Shown here piece by piece: positions 43,711 through 44,333 of a DNA stretch of 44,333 nucleotides; positions within the stretch are counted from its first letter, which is position 1; each line of letters begins with the position of its first letter. The DNA is from Nanobdellota archaeon (GTDB taxonomy: Archaea; Nanobdellota; Nanobdellia; Pacearchaeales; GW2011-AR1), in NCBI GenBank assembly GCA_038044985.1, contig JBBSYY010000013.1, positions 1 to 44,333 of the forward strand, read 5' to 3'. Made by a program: the position numbers and the translations under genes. The notes under the pieces are model-generated. The model was not told the DNA's origin and did no database searches. It was given only the letters and a program-made list of their open reading frames with translations.

Positions 43711-44333
43711 ATGAAACCAACACAAAAAAAGATTTATAGAGAACAGTTTAGCTGGCTTAATCCAGAAGAAAATCATAAAGTAGAACTTAATGATGTGTCT
43801 AAGAAAGAATTTAAAGCTTATAAAGAAGAAGCTATTATAACTAAAGAAATATCTAAAAAAGGATTTAGTAGAAGAAATTTCTTAAATGGATTATTATTTG
43901 GTGGTATGGCCGTCGGTTTAGGTGGTTATGCAGCATATAAAACAATAGATGATATAATAGAAAAAACAAAAATTAAAATTGTAAAAGATGTAACTTCAGG
44001 TGAGCTTTTATCAGCTTATGTAGAAGCGCCATTTGATAAAGGAAAAGAAGCTTTAGAAAAAGAAGGTTATGAAATTATTTCTTTAGAGGAAAATGCGAGG
44101 TTGAGGATGCAAGTGGGATATAAATCTCCGGTTACTATAAACGGAAATTGGGTAAGAGAAGCTATTATTTATGTTCCAAATAAAGGAGCATTTTTAACTA
44201 AACGGTCTCCAATAATGGAAAATGCTAAAGAAGCTACAGATTGTCATAGAAAAGGAATAGAGTATTTTTTAACTGACGAGCAAGTTGAAAAAGCTTTAGA
44301 AAATGCAGTTGAAATTATAACAGAAGTAATTCC
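43711..44333 (+). CDS. hypothetical protein, 3'-truncated by the window end, with a twin-arginine-like motif plus TM
   Basis: Open from the ATG at 43711 to the window end (207 codons). It was absent from the ORF track because no stop is reached. Contains SRRNFLNGLLFGGMAVGLGGYAAY. Confidence 0.6.
   Translation, partial: MKPTQKKIYREQFSWLNPEENHKVELNDVSKKEFKAYKEEAIITKEISKKGFSRRNFLNGLLFGGMAVGLGGYAAYKTIDDIIEKTKIKIVKDVTSGELLSAYVEAPFDKGKEALEKEGYEIISLEENARLRMQVGYKSPVTINGNWVREAIIYVPNKGAFLTKRSPIMENAKEATDCHRKGIEYFLTDEQVEKALENAVEIITEVI

Overview
Visibly AT-rich archaeal chromosome segment. Gene content and short, patchy operons suggest a DPANN-type genome (inference; no homology search was possible). I support about 50 protein genes by motif recognition. 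Most are housekeeping: Hsp20, CDC48, UppS, RadB, TopA, signal peptidase, TFS, Nth, SerRS, RpoL, ScpB, aRF1, ValRS and ribosomal protein S10. There is one tRNA-Lys(CUU). I recognised no rRNA, CRISPR array or transposase gene. The most unusual feature is non-coding: 12 intergenic loci are built from a few shared nested-hairpin modules. These modules are shuffled into different mosaics, include near-identical copies kilobases apart, show compensatory stem changes, and at one site sit inside a broken small gene. They resemble bacterial REP/BIME or MITE-like elements, but whether they act at the RNA or DNA level cannot be decided from this window. Secondary observations are: a DsbB-like gene interrupted by an in-frame TAG; two tandem paralogous micro-ORFs next to a GTATAC-type palindrome cluster; relics of a restriction-modification gene and a nucleotidyltransferase gene; an N-terminal motif shared by a SLOG/DprA-like protein and an HExxH protein; a split and permuted GlcF-like Fe-S/CCG oxidoreductase cluster; and a Nudix protein lacking all catalytic glutamates. 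All product calls come from reading the translations by eye and need a database search.
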